A stretch of DNA of 64,000 nucleotides from an uncultured Pseudomonadales bacterium (GCA_964574595.1 CAZNOF010000001.1:9586-73585); one strand, 5' to 3'; positions 1 through 10,370 are shown, counted from the stretch's first letter. Numbers and translations are program-made. Notes: a model not told the origin generated them from the letters alone.

Positions 1-122
1 ATGCTTTTTTAATTTGCTCTCGAGTGGTTAGATACTTTTTCATAGGTACGCACAAACAGCTCGGATAATAGTGGGTGATCGATCAGAGTTAATGTTGATA
101 TTTGTGTTTGCAATCTTTTTCA

Positions 123-196
123 TGGATGCCCGATCAGGATTCGAACCTGAATAAACAGCTTCAAAGGCTGCTGTCCTACCATTAGACCATCGGGCA
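123..196 (-). tRNA. tRNA-Gln (anticodon TTG), CCA encoded
   Basis: Reverse complement folds as a cloverleaf. Acceptor TGCCCGA/TCGGGCA, T-loop TTCGAAT, anticodon loop CTTTGAA gives TTG. Ends ...GCA-T-CCA. Confidence 0.7.
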
Positions 197-270
197 TAGG
201 GCGTGTTTCCACACGTCAAGGAACGATATTGTAACAAAGTTTTGTCTGTCTTGCACCTAGATCTCAAGAT

Positions 271-702
271 ATGCGTGTTAAAATGACTAATATGGCAAAC
301 GCAGCCGGCTACTCCAACACTCCACTCATCAAAAAATTGGGTCTGACTTTTCAAGATGTGGTTTTATTAATCAATCCGCTTATTAACTATGATGAGATGC
401 TGGATATTGATTTTGCGCAAGTCAATTTTGCTGGCGAAGAAGAACAAGCCACCTTTATTCATTGGTTTGTCCAGACACAAGCTGAATTCGTTGAGAAGTT
501 TCCAGAAGTCAAAAAAAGACTAGCTAAAGATGGCATGCTTTGGGTTTCTTGGCCGAAACAAGCCAGTGCTTTGAAAAGTGATCTGACTGAAAATATGATT
601 CGCGAGCTAGCTTTAGAAAATGAACTCGTTGATGTCAAAGTCTGTGCTGTTGATGAAAATTGGTCAGGACTCAAGCTTGTTTATCGCTTAGCCAATCGTT
701 AA
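271..702 (+). CDS. DUF3052-like hypothetical protein
   Basis: 143-aa ORF. Motifs GYSNTPLIKKLGL, LWVSWPK, VDVKVCAVDENWSGLK resemble the DUF3052 family from memory. Start uncertain among three early Met codons. Confidence 0.45.
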   Translation: MRVKMTNMANAAGYSNTPLIKKLGLTFQDVVLLINPLINYDEMLDIDFAQVNFAGEEEQATFIHWFVQTQAEFVEKFPEVKKRLAKDGMLWVSWPKQASALKSDLTENMIRELALENELVDVKVCAVDENWSGLKLVYRLANR

Positions 703-1877
703 TACCTACGACGAGAATCTCTTCTTCGATCTCCGCGATCAAATCTATTTCTGCCAAACCGAACTGGTTCTGGGGCTGGCATATTTGATTTTACTTTTCG
801 AAGTTTTGCGACGAAGAAACCTTCCATGGTGCCACTTGGGAGAATTCGTAAACTATTTTTCACTTCTGGATCGTACTCTTGTCCCTGCCAACTCCCAATT
901 CCCGGCATGCCCTGAATTCCTGGAATACTGATGGTTTCTACCTGGACGGTGCCTTTTTCGCGCTCTAATAACCAGTTCAAGACGCCTTCATTTTCCTCAG
1001 GTGCTAAGGTACAGGTTGAATAGACAATGGTGCCACCCACTTTACAGGAAGTGACCGCTGAGCGAAGTAAGTGTTGCTGACGAACAGACAGATCTCTGAT
1101 TTTTTGCTCCGACCAATCTTGATAGGTTTTTGGATCGCCGCAATAAATCCGGCCTTCCATGGTGCATGGTACGTCAACCAGAACTCGGTCGTAGAACTCT
1201 GGATTTTTCTTCCAAAAATACTCACCAGGACCCCTGCGAGTAAAAGCGTTGTTCACACCTTGCATTCGTAAGTTGGCGGTTAATTTGAATAAGCGAATTG
1301 GACTAACGTCATTGGCAATAATTTCACCTTTATTCTGCATCATGGCTGCCATTTGGGTGGTTTTACTCCCTGGGGCTGCAGTTAAGTCGAGGACTTTCTC
1401 GCCTGGTTGTGGGTCTAAAACAATGGGTGGCAACATGCTCGATAAACTTTGAACGTAAAATGAACCATTGAGGTAAAGTGGATTTTCTGTCAGCTCTCGG
1501 AGTGGCATATTTTTGACCACATAGGCTAACGGATTCCAGGCGACAGGTTGCAACTCTACGCCAGCGGCGGTTAACTCTTTATATAAATCTTCAGAAGAAA
1601 TTTTCAAGGTATTAGCGCGTAAAGTGGTGGGTCGTTTTAAACTAAAGAAGGTCAGTAAGTTTTGATAAATTTCTTCACCAAATTGATCTTTTAGTCTACT
1701 CAAGAAAACAGCTGGCAATTGATCACAATTTGTATCCATAGTCGTATTGTACCAAAAAAAATGAAGATTAATTTCGGGTATTTTTCTTGATAGAATCAAC
1801 GAATGTCCTTTCTCCCCACCCCCATTCATGAGCACTTTGCCAAAAATGATCCGACTCTCTTCAAATGGATCGCCCAA
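699..1877 (-). CDS. RsmB/NOP2/Sun-family RNA m5C methyltransferase with Arg-rich C-terminal tail
   Basis: SAM motif DLTAAPGSKTTQMA, catalytic-Cys motifs VLVDVPCTMEG and GGTIVYSTCTLAPEENEGV. C-terminus RNRFDRGDRRRDSRRRY. Confidence 0.85.
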   Translation of the reverse strand: MGDPFEESRIIFGKVLMNGGGEKGHSLILSRKIPEINLHFFWYNTTMDTNCDQLPAVFLSRLKDQFGEEIYQNLLTFFSLKRPTTLRANTLKISSEDLYKELTAAGVELQPVAWNPLAYVVKNMPLRELTENPLYLNGSFYVQSLSSMLPPIVLDPQPGEKVLDLTAAPGSKTTQMAAMMQNKGEIIANDVSPIRLFKLTANLRMQGVNNAFTRRGPGEYFWKKNPEFYDRVLVDVPCTMEGRIYCGDPKTYQDWSEQKIRDLSVRQQHLLRSAVTSCKVGGTIVYSTCTLAPEENEGVLNWLLEREKGTVQVETISIPGIQGMPGIGSWQGQEYDPEVKNSLRILPSGTMEGFFVAKLRKVKSNMPAPEPVRFGRNRFDRGDRRRDSRRRY

Positions 1878-2423
1878 ATTGAGGCGTTTGAGTTAGTTGA
1901 ACATCAAAACTATTTTGAAGAGTTGTCTAGCTCAATTGTTTCTCAACAATTATCAACCAAAGTGGCAGACGTGATCTGGGGCAGATTAATCAAACTTTTT
2001 CCAGAAGAGAAAGTAACGCCTGAGATCATACTTCAATTAAGTGAAGCGGATTTGCGAGCTGTTGGTCTGTCATTTGCCAAGATTAAATATATTAAGGATT
2101 TGGCAACTAGAGTTTTAAATGGTGATGTTCACCTGGAGAAAATCTCAAAGTTGAGTGATGAAGAAATCATTGTTGAACTCACGAAAGTCAAAGGCATCGG
2201 CAAGTGGACGGCAGAAATGTTTTTAATGTTCACGTTAGCCAGACCAAATGTTTTTTCACATGGTGACCTGGGACTTAAAAAAGGGATTCAAAAAGTCTAT
2301 GAGTTAGCTGAGATGCCAACAGAAGAAGAAATGCTGGAACTTGAGAAGAACTGGCAACCATACAAGACCTATGCCAGCCGAATTTTGTGGAAGAGCCTAG
2401 AAAGCGGTATACTAAAAAAATGA
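1803..2423 (+). CDS. HhH-GPD DNA glycosylase (AlkA-like DNA-3-methyladenine glycosylase II)
   Basis: Helix-hairpin-helix followed by GIGKWTAEMFLMF and a catalytic Asp region. 5' end overlaps the convergent upstream gene on the opposite strand, so the true start may be internal. Confidence 0.7.
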   Translation: MSFLPTPIHEHFAKNDPTLFKWIAQIEAFELVEHQNYFEELSSSIVSQQLSTKVADVIWGRLIKLFPEEKVTPEIILQLSEADLRAVGLSFAKIKYIKDLATRVLNGDVHLEKISKLSDEEIIVELTKVKGIGKWTAEMFLMFTLARPNVFSHGDLGLKKGIQKVYELAEMPTEEEMLELEKNWQPYKTYASRILWKSLESGILKK

Positions 2424-2698
2424 AAAAATTAAACCAGAAAAAGTATTGGTTTAAGCGAAAATATTATGGATGGGGTTGGTACCCAGCAAGTTGGGAAGGA
2501 TGGACAGTTTTGGCGTTTTACGTTTCCATTCTGGTTATGAATGCGTTTCGTCTAGAATCTCCTAGCTTGCCACCTCAACGTGTCATCTCAGAAATCTTGC
2601 CAGAGACGTCTTTCTTGACAGTGTTGCTGATTGCCTTGTGTTACTGCAAAGGAGAAACTCCGCGTTGGCAATGGGGCGAAAAGAAGAAGAAAAAGTAG
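2387..2698 (+). CDS. small membrane protein, Lys-rich C-terminus
   Basis: 103-aa ORF with two hydrophobic helices and a KKKKK tail. No family recognised. Confidence 0.35.
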   Translation: MEEPRKRYTKKMKKLNQKKYWFKRKYYGWGWYPASWEGWTVLAFYVSILVMNAFRLESPSLPPQRVISEILPETSFLTVLLIALCYCKGETPRWQWGEKKKKK

Positions 2699-2923
2699 CT
2701 ACTTTACGTTTTGAATTTGGTTGGAAATGATGTCGATGATGCTACTCAAGAATGGAACTGACTTGCTTTGAGTGATGATAAAACCAATCGCCGCGACCGT
2801 CAGTGCTGCGCCAACCACACTCCCTACCCCCCAGCCAATTCCCCCAATTGTGTTATCGATAAAAATCGCGAGTCGTGACTTGTAAATCTTATTGACTGGT
2901 TCTGACTGAACTGAAGAAGACAT
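2699..2923 (-). CDS. small membrane protein
   Basis: 74-aa ORF with Gly-rich hydrophobic helices. No family recognised. Confidence 0.3.
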   Translation of the reverse strand: MSSSVQSEPVNKIYKSRLAIFIDNTIGGIGWGVGSVVGAALTVAAIGFIITQSKSVPFLSSIIDIISNQIQNVK

Positions 2924-2985
2924 GCAGCTATTCTATGCAGATACGTGATGAGAGTGAAGGGTGAAAAAATGGTACAATACAACTT

Positions 2986-3819
2986 GTGCCTCACGCCTTT
3001 AACCCTGCCAAAGCTCATTCTCAACGCCGACCCATCTCTCGCCCCGGAAATCGTGGTCCCAAAAAGTCAGCTGATACATCGTGGGAACCAGTCAGTGATT
3101 GGTATAACTCCAGTGTTGGCGACAGTGGTCATTATTATCACCAACGCGTCGTTTTACCTGAGACTTTGAAGATTCTGAATTTAACAGCTGAAAGTAGTGT
3201 TTTAGATCTAGGTTGTGGGCAAGGTGTGCTTGCCAGACATATGCCGCCTTCAGTGTACTACCAGGGTTTAGATATTGCTCCAAACCTAGTCGCATTTGCT
3301 AAAGAACATGATCTGAAAAACAATCATCACTTTGTGGTGGCAGATGTGTGTCGATCTAGTATTCCTATTCAAAAACAAGATTTCACTCACGCCACGATTA
3401 TTCTTGCCATTCAAAATATGAAGGAATCACAGATGGCAATGAAGAATGCCTCGACCCATTTGGCTAAGGGTGGCAAGTTAGTTATTGTCATGAACCATCC
3501 CTGCTTCCGAATTCCTCGGCAATCAAGTTGGGGTATCGATCCAGATAAAAAAACACAATATAGACGAATTGATCGATATTATTCTGATTTGGAAATTCCA
3601 ATTACCGCCCATCCGGGTGAAAAACAATCAGCGATTACCTGGTCCTTTCACCATCCTCTGAGTTACTATACCAATCAGTTAAAGCAAACCGGATTTCTGA
3701 TTGAAGAAATTGCGGAATGGAATTCAGATAAAGTTAGCGTTGGAAAAGCAGCCAAGATGGAAAATCGTGGCCGGCAAGAGTTCCCACTCTTTTTGACCCT
3801 CGTAGCCGTTAAAAAATAG
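2986..3819 (+). CDS. class I SAM-dependent methyltransferase
   Basis: Motif I VLDLGCGQGVLA, acidic motif II (LDIAP), post-I hydrophobic strand. Basic N-terminal extension. Confidence 0.7.
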   Translation: MPHAFNPAKAHSQRRPISRPGNRGPKKSADTSWEPVSDWYNSSVGDSGHYYHQRVVLPETLKILNLTAESSVLDLGCGQGVLARHMPPSVYYQGLDIAPNLVAFAKEHDLKNNHHFVVADVCRSSIPIQKQDFTHATIILAIQNMKESQMAMKNASTHLAKGGKLVIVMNHPCFRIPRQSSWGIDPDKKTQYRRIDRYYSDLEIPITAHPGEKQSAITWSFHHPLSYYTNQLKQTGFLIEEIAEWNSDKVSVGKAAKMENRGRQEFPLFLTLVAVKK

Positions 3820-3923
3820 CTCTCCCTCTCATTTTTCTTACTTTTTTCTTACATCAATCGTGGTTGCTTCTTATGTGTTTGGCCTATTCTTAATGCAAGT
3901 TAAAAGAGCTTAAGGAGGACTAT

Positions 3924-4028
3924 ATGAAAGGTCGACAAGGTTTCGCCTCAATGGATCCTGAAAAACGCAGGCAAATAGCTCGCTTGGGTGGTAAAGCATC
4001 CGGCAAAAAAAGAGCTAAGCCGAATTAA
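3924..4028 (+). CDS. KGG-repeat general stress protein (YciG-like), 34 aa; absent from the ORF track
   Basis: AAGGAGG SD at 3912, ATG at 3924. Translation MKGRQGFASMDPEKRRQIARLGGKASGKKRAKPN carries the KGG/GGKAS stress-protein repeat. Paralogous to the next gene. Confidence 0.6.
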   Translation: MKGRQGFASMDPEKRRQIARLGGKASGKKRAKPN

Positions 4029-4049
4029 CTTAGAAAAGTAAGGAGTTTT

Positions 4050-4265
4050 ATGTCAACAAAAACTCGTGGTTTTGCACAAATGAGTAAAGAAAGACAAAAA
4101 GAAATTGCTAGTCGTGGTGGGAAGGCTGCCCATGCAAAGGGCACCGCTCACACATTCAGTTCTGATGAAGCACGACAAGCTGGTAAAAAAGGTGGCCAAG
4201 CGCCTCGTAAAAAAGCTGTTCGCACTTCCAAAGTGACTGAATCTACAACGCAAGCCGGATCATAA
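4050..4265 (+). CDS. KGG-repeat general stress protein (YciG/Con-10-like)
   Basis: RGGKAAHAKG and KKGGQAPRKK repeats. SD AAGGAG upstream. Confidence 0.65.
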   Translation: MSTKTRGFAQMSKERQKEIASRGGKAAHAKGTAHTFSSDEARQAGKKGGQAPRKKAVRTSKVTESTTQAGS

Positions 4266-5000
4266 CGTTTTTTCCAGAATGACGTATTGATTTGTTTGTT
4301 GCTGCTTCCCATCAGCCAAGAATTGTTCGCTAACTGTTAAGTTGGTATCTGCAACCAGACGTGAAAGCTCATCCTTGTCAATTAAATGACAATACCGAAC
4401 AGCTTGTGTTCCTCTATCCCAAGTAAGTAGGTAGTCATTTCGCTCAACATCTTGTGAGTCGAGGCCGATCTCCGCAAACGATTTTTGTCGACTCAACATG
4501 TTGGGAATTTGATCAAATTGCCAGGTTGTAAAGATGAGTAATCCCCCTGGGTTTAGTTGTTTTGCAAGCTGGACTAGTAACTTGGCTCTTTGAGCATACC
4601 CAGGAATGTGATGCAGTACGCCAAACAGGCCAATGAGATCTGCCTGAGTGGCTGGTGGGTTCTTCAAAAGATCTGCCTGAAGAAGATGTAATTTATCTGG
4701 GGGCAAAACTTGAGAAAGTGACTCTTCAGCATCATCGAGTAATTTGCGATTACTATCAGTCCCAAAATACTCAATTGAAAGATCAGTTTCAGTTTCTAGA
4801 AAAGCGCCAAAGCGGCCATTCCCACATCCCACATCCAGCACAGTTATTTCCTTGTTCAATGTGAAGTGAGATTCAAGTAATGGGACAATCCGTTGCCATC
4901 CAGCCCAAGGTTGTTGTCTCGTTTCAGAGAACTCCGCCGCAATTTTGAGATAAAAATCTTGATTTAGCTGGTTTAATTTTTGAATTGTTTGTTCGTCCAT
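4260..5000 (-). CDS. class I SAM-dependent methyltransferase
   Basis: Motif I VLDVGCGNGRFG, motif II LLQADL, post-II GGLLIFTTW. Confidence 0.7.
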   Translation of the reverse strand: MDEQTIQKLNQLNQDFYLKIAAEFSETRQQPWAGWQRIVPLLESHFTLNKEITVLDVGCGNGRFGAFLETETDLSIEYFGTDSNRKLLDDAEESLSQVLPPDKLHLLQADLLKNPPATQADLIGLFGVLHHIPGYAQRAKLLVQLAKQLNPGGLLIFTTWQFDQIPNMLSRQKSFAEIGLDSQDVERNDYLLTWDRGTQAVRYCHLIDKDELSRLVADTNLTVSEQFLADGKQQQTNQYVILEKTL

Positions 5001-5031
5001 ATAATTCAGTTCGATTTATAGGCTATAATGC

Positions 5032-6894
5032 GTGGTTATGCATCTGCCTAGTGATTATAACCTCTATCTGGAGCAACTGGTACCAGTTCTGACTGAAGTT
5101 GCGGCCGCTGAAAGTTGGTCCGCCAAAGATTTAGCGCGAATCTTAAACAAATATCCAAAGCCAGATTCAGGCATTTTCTCTAAAGAGATATTAGTTCAAG
5201 CCTATCGAAAGCTAGCCGGAACCCATGGGTTACCTCCTTATAAAGATGAAGTCATGCAACGCCTCCAAATGAAGCCAACCAGAACCGGCTCTGGAGTGAC
5301 GCCAGTGACAGTTCTGACGAAGCCGTTCCCCTGTCCTGGCAAATGCATCTTTTGTCCAAATGACATCCGCATGCCAAAAAGTTACTTGTCAGATGAGCCA
5401 GGAGCTCAGCGAGCAGAACGGAACTCTTTTGACCCATACCTGCAAACCTATAACCGACTTCAAGCCTTTCAAAATATTGGTCACCAAATTGATAAAGTCG
5501 AGCTGATTATTTTGGGTGGCACTTGGTCATATTACCCAGAGGCTTATCAAATTTGGTTCATCAAAGAATGCTTCCGGGCGCTCAATGACTATGGTGAAAA
5601 AATTGACGACCGGGAACGGATTGAAAACTACTACCATGAAATGCGTGAAAGACTGAAAGAGGTTGAGACTGCCATTAAACATCGACCAGTGCCTGGAAAT
5701 AATCCCGTCATAAATAAGCAGGCAATGCAAGCTTACCAAGTGCATGGTGAAGAGCTTTCCAAGAGCTACAACCAGACTGTTTCTGAAATGTATGTGGCTC
5801 CAGAGAAAATTGGTGGATTTGATCAATATCAAACTGCTGATTGGAGCTCTCTTGAAGCAGAGCAACATCGAAATGAAACTGCCATCTCTCGAAATGTGGG
5901 TTTAGTCATCGAGACTCGCCCAGATAATATTTCAGAAGCTGAGGTCTTGAGAATTCGCCGACTGGGATGCACCAAAACGCAAATCGGATTTCAAAGTTTG
6001 AACGATGCGGTGCTGGACTTGAATAAACGTGGTCACGATGTGGCTGCTACCAGAAGAGCCGTCAAGTTGCTCAGGCAAGCCGGTTTCAAGATTCATGCTC
6101 ATTGGATGCCGAATCTATATGGTTCAAGTGTGGAAATTGATAAGGGTGATTACGATATTCTGTTCAACGATCTTGATTTCAAGCCAGATGAATTGAAGAT
6201 TTATCCTTGCTCACTGATTGAAAGTGCTGAGCTGATGCAGTATTACCAACGTGGTGAGTGGAAGCCTTACTCTGAGCCAGAGCTGCTAGATATCTTGACA
6301 TACTGTTTGACGCATACCCCGCCATTTTGTCGACTGACCCGTGTCATCCGTGATATTCCATCTACGGACATTGTGGTGGGAAACAAAAAAACCAACTTCC
6401 GAGAGATCGCTGAGAAGAAACTGACTGAATTGGGTGAAAAGAGCTCGGATATTCGAGCAAGAGAAATTCGTAAGCAAGAGGTCTCTGCTGAAGATCTGGA
6501 ACTAAACTTGGTGAAGTATGAGACAAGTGTCAGTCATGAAATTTTCCTCCAGTACATTGTCAAAGAATCAGGTAAGCCACCTGAACAGTCAAAAATCGCT
6601 GCCTTTTTACGATTAAGTATTCCCACAGTTCCCAACTTTATTGATGAACTAAAAGATGGCGCGATTATTCGAGAGATTCACGTTTACGGACAAACAGTCG
6701 GAATTGGCAAGAAGACTGAAGGCAAAGCCCAACACCTGGGTTTAGGACAGAAACTGATAGATGAAGCAGTTAAATTAACAAAAGAAGCCGGCCTGCGGAA
6801 GTTAGCTGTGATTTCAGCCATTGGTACTCGCGAGTATTATCGCAAACGGGGCTTCACTAAAGGTTCTCTTTATCAATTTCTGGACTGGGAATAA
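5032..6894 (+). CDS. Elp3-family radical SAM/GNAT protein (tRNA U34 cm5 modification enzyme homolog)
   Basis: Radical-SAM cluster motif CPGKCIFCPN; 620 aa; C-terminal GNAT-like fold (QHLGLGQKLIDEA...YYRKRGF). GTG at 5032 or ATG at 5038 as start. Confidence 0.85.
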   Translation: MVMHLPSDYNLYLEQLVPVLTEVAAAESWSAKDLARILNKYPKPDSGIFSKEILVQAYRKLAGTHGLPPYKDEVMQRLQMKPTRTGSGVTPVTVLTKPFPCPGKCIFCPNDIRMPKSYLSDEPGAQRAERNSFDPYLQTYNRLQAFQNIGHQIDKVELIILGGTWSYYPEAYQIWFIKECFRALNDYGEKIDDRERIENYYHEMRERLKEVETAIKHRPVPGNNPVINKQAMQAYQVHGEELSKSYNQTVSEMYVAPEKIGGFDQYQTADWSSLEAEQHRNETAISRNVGLVIETRPDNISEAEVLRIRRLGCTKTQIGFQSLNDAVLDLNKRGHDVAATRRAVKLLRQAGFKIHAHWMPNLYGSSVEIDKGDYDILFNDLDFKPDELKIYPCSLIESAELMQYYQRGEWKPYSEPELLDILTYCLTHTPPFCRLTRVIRDIPSTDIVVGNKKTNFREIAEKKLTELGEKSSDIRAREIRKQEVSAEDLELNLVKYETSVSHEIFLQYIVKESGKPPEQSKIAAFLRLSIPTVPNFIDELKDGAIIREIHVYGQTVGIGKKTEGKAQHLGLGQKLIDEAVKLTKEAGLRKLAVISAIGTREYYRKRGFTKGSLYQFLDWE

Positions 6895-8342
6895 CCTGCC
6901 CAAGCCTGTAAAAATCCAGCTCCCACCCCAGGAATTTTTGAGACATCATTGACGCTCAAGGTTGGGAGTAGTGCGGCATACTTGACTACTGAATATGAGA
7001 TACATCCTGGGAAGTACCTAGTAAAGTGAGGTCTTTGGAGCGTTACTTTTTTGAGTATGGTTTGTCTTCTTACATTTTCTGACTTACTGAGCATAAAGAC
7101 CTCTGGTATACAAATATCACAAGCCTGACAGTTCTGAGTTGCTCGTTCACCAAAATACTTCAATATTTGGTTACTTCTGCACGCGTTTCTTTCTAAATAG
7201 TTTCGTACAGCATTGAGTTTGGCCTGCGTATTCTTTCTGAGTTTTCTTTGCTGGGAGCTTTCAATTTGATCTTTCGTTTGAGGAAACCGTCTTAGAAAAA
7301 GTTCACGCTGAATTTGTTGATCATGCTTCGTGTAGAACAGAAAGCAGTGTGACTCGAGACCGTCTCTTCCCGCTCTTCCTACTTCCTGGTAGTACCCCTC
7401 TAGATCTTGAGGAACCTGGGTGTGAATGACCACTCGGATGTCTGGAATATCGATGCCCATCCCAAAGGCATTGGTGGCGGCAATCATCTTCACTTGGCTG
7501 CTGGTAAATTGTTGTTGAATGAGGACTCTCTCCTCAGCCGCAAGTCCCCCATGGTAATACAAACAGTCGTACCCATAATGTCGTGCAATTTGTGAAATCT
7601 CAACTGTTTGGGCACGTGTTGCACAATAAATGATCACCTTTTCTTCAGAAAACCTGCGCCATAATTTGAAAAGCCAAAGTTGTTTTTCTGCTTCTGAATG
7701 ACAAAACCGACAGTTGAGTTTGAGATTCTTTCTAGAAAAGCTGCTTTGAAAAATCACTGATGAATCCATCTCTAAGTGTTTTAAAATATCTTTTTGAACA
7801 GCTTGTGTAGCCGTGGCTGTTAAAGCGATCAGCCGAGGAGCACTACTGAGCGAGTGAATAAACTTGGGAATTTGCGTATACGCTGGCCGGAAGTCATGGC
7901 CCCATTGACTGACGCAATGTGCTTCATCAATAGCAATGAACTGAATGCTGACTTTTGTACACGCATTGAGAAAATTTTTGTTCAGCAGGCGTTCTGGCGA
8001 AACGTAGACAAATTGATATAGGCCATTTGTGAAGGTTGTGAAAAATGTCTGTTGTTCTGTTTCACTTAAACTACTATTCAAGAAGGCGGCAGAGATTCCC
8101 CGCCCTAGGAGCTGGTCAACTTGGTCTTTCATCAAAGAAATAAGTGGTGAGATAACAATGGTTGTGCCACCCATCATCAAACCGGGAATTTGGTAGCAAA
8201 CGGATTTGCCACCACCTGTAGGCAAGATGGCCAGGACATTCTGACCAGCTAACACCGATTGAATAATTTGCGATTGCTTTAGTCTAAAGGAATTATAGCC
8301 AAAGTACTTTTTCAAAACCTCTTCGGGAGTTTCAGTTGTCAT
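6873..8342 (-). CDS. recQ: RecQ-family ATP-dependent DNA helicase (no HRDC)
   Basis: Walker A PTGGGKSVCYQIP, DEAH box IDEAHCVSQWGHDFRPAY, arginine finger QEVGRAGRDG, RQC Zn cluster CQACDIC. Confidence 0.85.
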   Translation of the reverse strand: MTTETPEEVLKKYFGYNSFRLKQSQIIQSVLAGQNVLAILPTGGGKSVCYQIPGLMMGGTTIVISPLISLMKDQVDQLLGRGISAAFLNSSLSETEQQTFFTTFTNGLYQFVYVSPERLLNKNFLNACTKVSIQFIAIDEAHCVSQWGHDFRPAYTQIPKFIHSLSSAPRLIALTATATQAVQKDILKHLEMDSSVIFQSSFSRKNLKLNCRFCHSEAEKQLWLFKLWRRFSEEKVIIYCATRAQTVEISQIARHYGYDCLYYHGGLAAEERVLIQQQFTSSQVKMIAATNAFGMGIDIPDIRVVIHTQVPQDLEGYYQEVGRAGRDGLESHCFLFYTKHDQQIQRELFLRRFPQTKDQIESSQQRKLRKNTQAKLNAVRNYLERNACRSNQILKYFGERATQNCQACDICIPEVFMLSKSENVRRQTILKKVTLQRPHFTRYFPGCISYSVVKYAALLPTLSVNDVSKIPGVGAGFLQAWAGYSQSRN

Positions 8343-8377
8343 GAGAGCAGCGTATCAAGAGCAGTTGTCATCAACCG

Positions 8378-9556
8378 TTATTTTTTGAGGTATTTTTTAC
8401 CACTCAACTTTTCGGGCAACAGGCTCTTTTGAGCACCTGGATACATTTCGTAGCCCTTGCCATATCCTAGTTCTTTCATTAGTTTTGTCGGAGCATTTCG
8501 AATCTCCAACGGGATTGGCAAGTTGCCAAACTTCTGCACGTCTGCCAATGCTTCAAAATAAGCGTCATACGCGGTTCGATCTTTTTTTGCTTGAGCTAAA
8601 TAAGTTACCCCGTGGGCTAAATTAATTTGGGCTTCAGGGTAGCCAATTTTGGTAACAGCCTCAAAGACAGCATTTGCGACAACTAACGCCGTTGGCTGTG
8701 CTACACCAATATCCTCACTCGCAAAGATGACCATTCGTCGCGCAATAAATTTCGGGTCTTCGCCAGCATTGACCATTCTGGCTAAATAGTAGAGCGCGGC
8801 ATCCACATTGCTGGCACGCATAGATTTAATAAAGGCACTAATTGTGTCGTAATGTTCTTCACCTTGTTTGTCGTAACGAAGGTATTGGCTCTGGAGAGCA
8901 GCTTTCAAGGAGTCCAAAGAAAGGTTTTGATAAAGTGCAAAGGCTTGTTCAATAACGGTTAATAATTGGCGTGCATCACCATTTGCATAGGTGGCTAACC
9001 ACTCCCTTGCCTCAGGGCTGATCTCAATATGTTTGTACTTTTTATCTTGTTTAATTAATTGAAGTGCGCGGTCAATGATTTGATCTAGTTCTGCCGCGTT
9101 TAATGACTTCAAGACAAAGACTCTGGATCTGGAGAGCAGAGCTGGAATTACTTCAAAGCTGGGATTCTCGGTAGTGGCACCGATTAAGACAATGACACCT
9201 TTTTCAACGTATGGCAGAAGAAAATCTTGTTGAGCTTTATTAAATCGATGAATTTCGTCCAGGAAAAAAACTGGAGCGACAGGCAGTTTTGCTGCCTCTT
9301 CCACAATGGTTCTGACCTCTGCCTTATTAGCTGACACGGCAGACAGTTCAAAGTACTCTCGGCCGGTTTCTCTAGCAACAATGTGGGCCAGTGTTGTTTT
9401 CCCCACGCCTGGAGGACCCCAAAAAATCATTGAGAAAGCGTGGTGTTGTTCAATTGCTTTTCTGAGTGGTTTTTCCGGACCAACCAAGTGTGCCTGGCCT
9501 ATATACTCATCCAAATTCTGGGGTCTTAAAATAGCAGCCAGCGGTTCGGTTTTCAT
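8378..9556 (-). CDS. rarA: replication-associated recombination protein A (RarA/MgsA AAA+ ATPase)
   Basis: Walker [10 protein letters not shown], Walker [17 protein letters not shown]-terminal MgsA helical domain. Confidence 0.85.
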   Translation of the reverse strand: MKTEPLAAILRPQNLDEYIGQAHLVGPEKPLRKAIEQHHAFSMIFWGPPGVGKTTLAHIVARETGREYFELSAVSANKAEVRTIVEEAAKLPVAPVFFLDEIHRFNKAQQDFLLPYVEKGVIVLIGATTENPSFEVIPALLSRSRVFVLKSLNAAELDQIIDRALQLIKQDKKYKHIEISPEAREWLATYANGDARQLLTVIEQAFALYQNLSLDSLKAALQSQYLRYDKQGEEHYDTISAFIKSMRASNVDAALYYLARMVNAGEDPKFIARRMVIFASEDIGVAQPTALVVANAVFEAVTKIGYPEAQINLAHGVTYLAQAKKDRTAYDAYFEALADVQKFGNLPIPLEIRNAPTKLMKELGYGKGYEMYPGAQKSLLPEKLSGKKYLKK

Positions 9557-9611
9557 ATGGGTTTAGTGTAGCACTGTCATATTTAGCCAGTCGAGAGGTA
9601 CAATACGGTCT

Positions 9612-10370
9612 ATGCTATCTATAAAAGAACTCACCAAATTAGAAAAGAAAAGTTTTCGCGATGAAACAGGTGTCTTCCTAATTGAAGGAAAAAAAGTCTT
9701 TGAAGAGGCGCGAAAAGCAAAACTGGTAATGGATCAGGTTCTCGTCACGGAAAAGTTTTTATTCGAAAATCGCAACTTTCTGTATGAACATCAGCTTACT
9801 TTTAGAGATGTGATTAGTATTAGTCAACACAATGCTGAACGATTAGCCGGCACTGTGACCACAACAGGTCTATTTGCTGTTGTTCAAAAACCCAAAGTTA
9901 CTTTGGCAGAAGTACAGAAAACATCATTTGTAGCAGTACTTGAAGATATTCGTGATCCAGGTAATCTCGGTACCATGATTCGAACTGCGGACTGGTTTGG
10001 CGTCAACTCAATTATTTTAAGTAGTTCTGGTGTGGATTTGTACAACAGTAAAGTAATCAGAGCTACCATGGGTTCACTTTTTCACTTAACTATTTATACC
10101 TCGGATGATCTAGTAAATGACTTGAAGACGCTTAAACAAGATGGCTTTCGAATGGTAGTGACAAGACCGGAAGGTACAACACCACTTCAGTCAATTAAAC
10201 TGGATAAAAGTTGTATCATTTTTGGAAATGAATCCTTAGGCACATCCGCAGAAGTTGATGAGTTGGCTGATGATGTTTTTACTATTCCAAAATACGGAGA
10301 TGCTGAATCACTGAATGTAGGTGTGGCGTTTGGAATTACCCTAAACCAACTCCTCCAGGCAAAGGTTTAA
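9612..10370 (+). CDS. TrmH/SpoU-family RNA 2'-O-methyltransferase
   Basis: SPOUT motifs DPGNLGTMIRTADWFG, IFGNESLG, ESLNVGVAFGI. Confidence 0.8.
   Translation: MLSIKELTKLEKKSFRDETGVFLIEGKKVFEEARKAKLVMDQVLVTEKFLFENRNFLYEHQLTFRDVISISQHNAERLAGTVTTTGLFAVVQKPKVTLAEVQKTSFVAVLEDIRDPGNLGTMIRTADWFGVNSIILSSSGVDLYNSKVIRATMGSLFHLTIYTSDDLVNDLKTLKQDGFRMVVTRPEGTTPLQSIKLDKSCIIFGNESLGTSAEVDELADDVFTIPKYGDAESLNVGVAFGITLNQLLQAKV

Noticed and set aside
40-354. 104-aa minus-strand ORF at the window start
   Set aside because: It overlaps the whole tRNA-Gln gene (123-196) on the same strand and has no recognisable protein features, so it was judged spurious.
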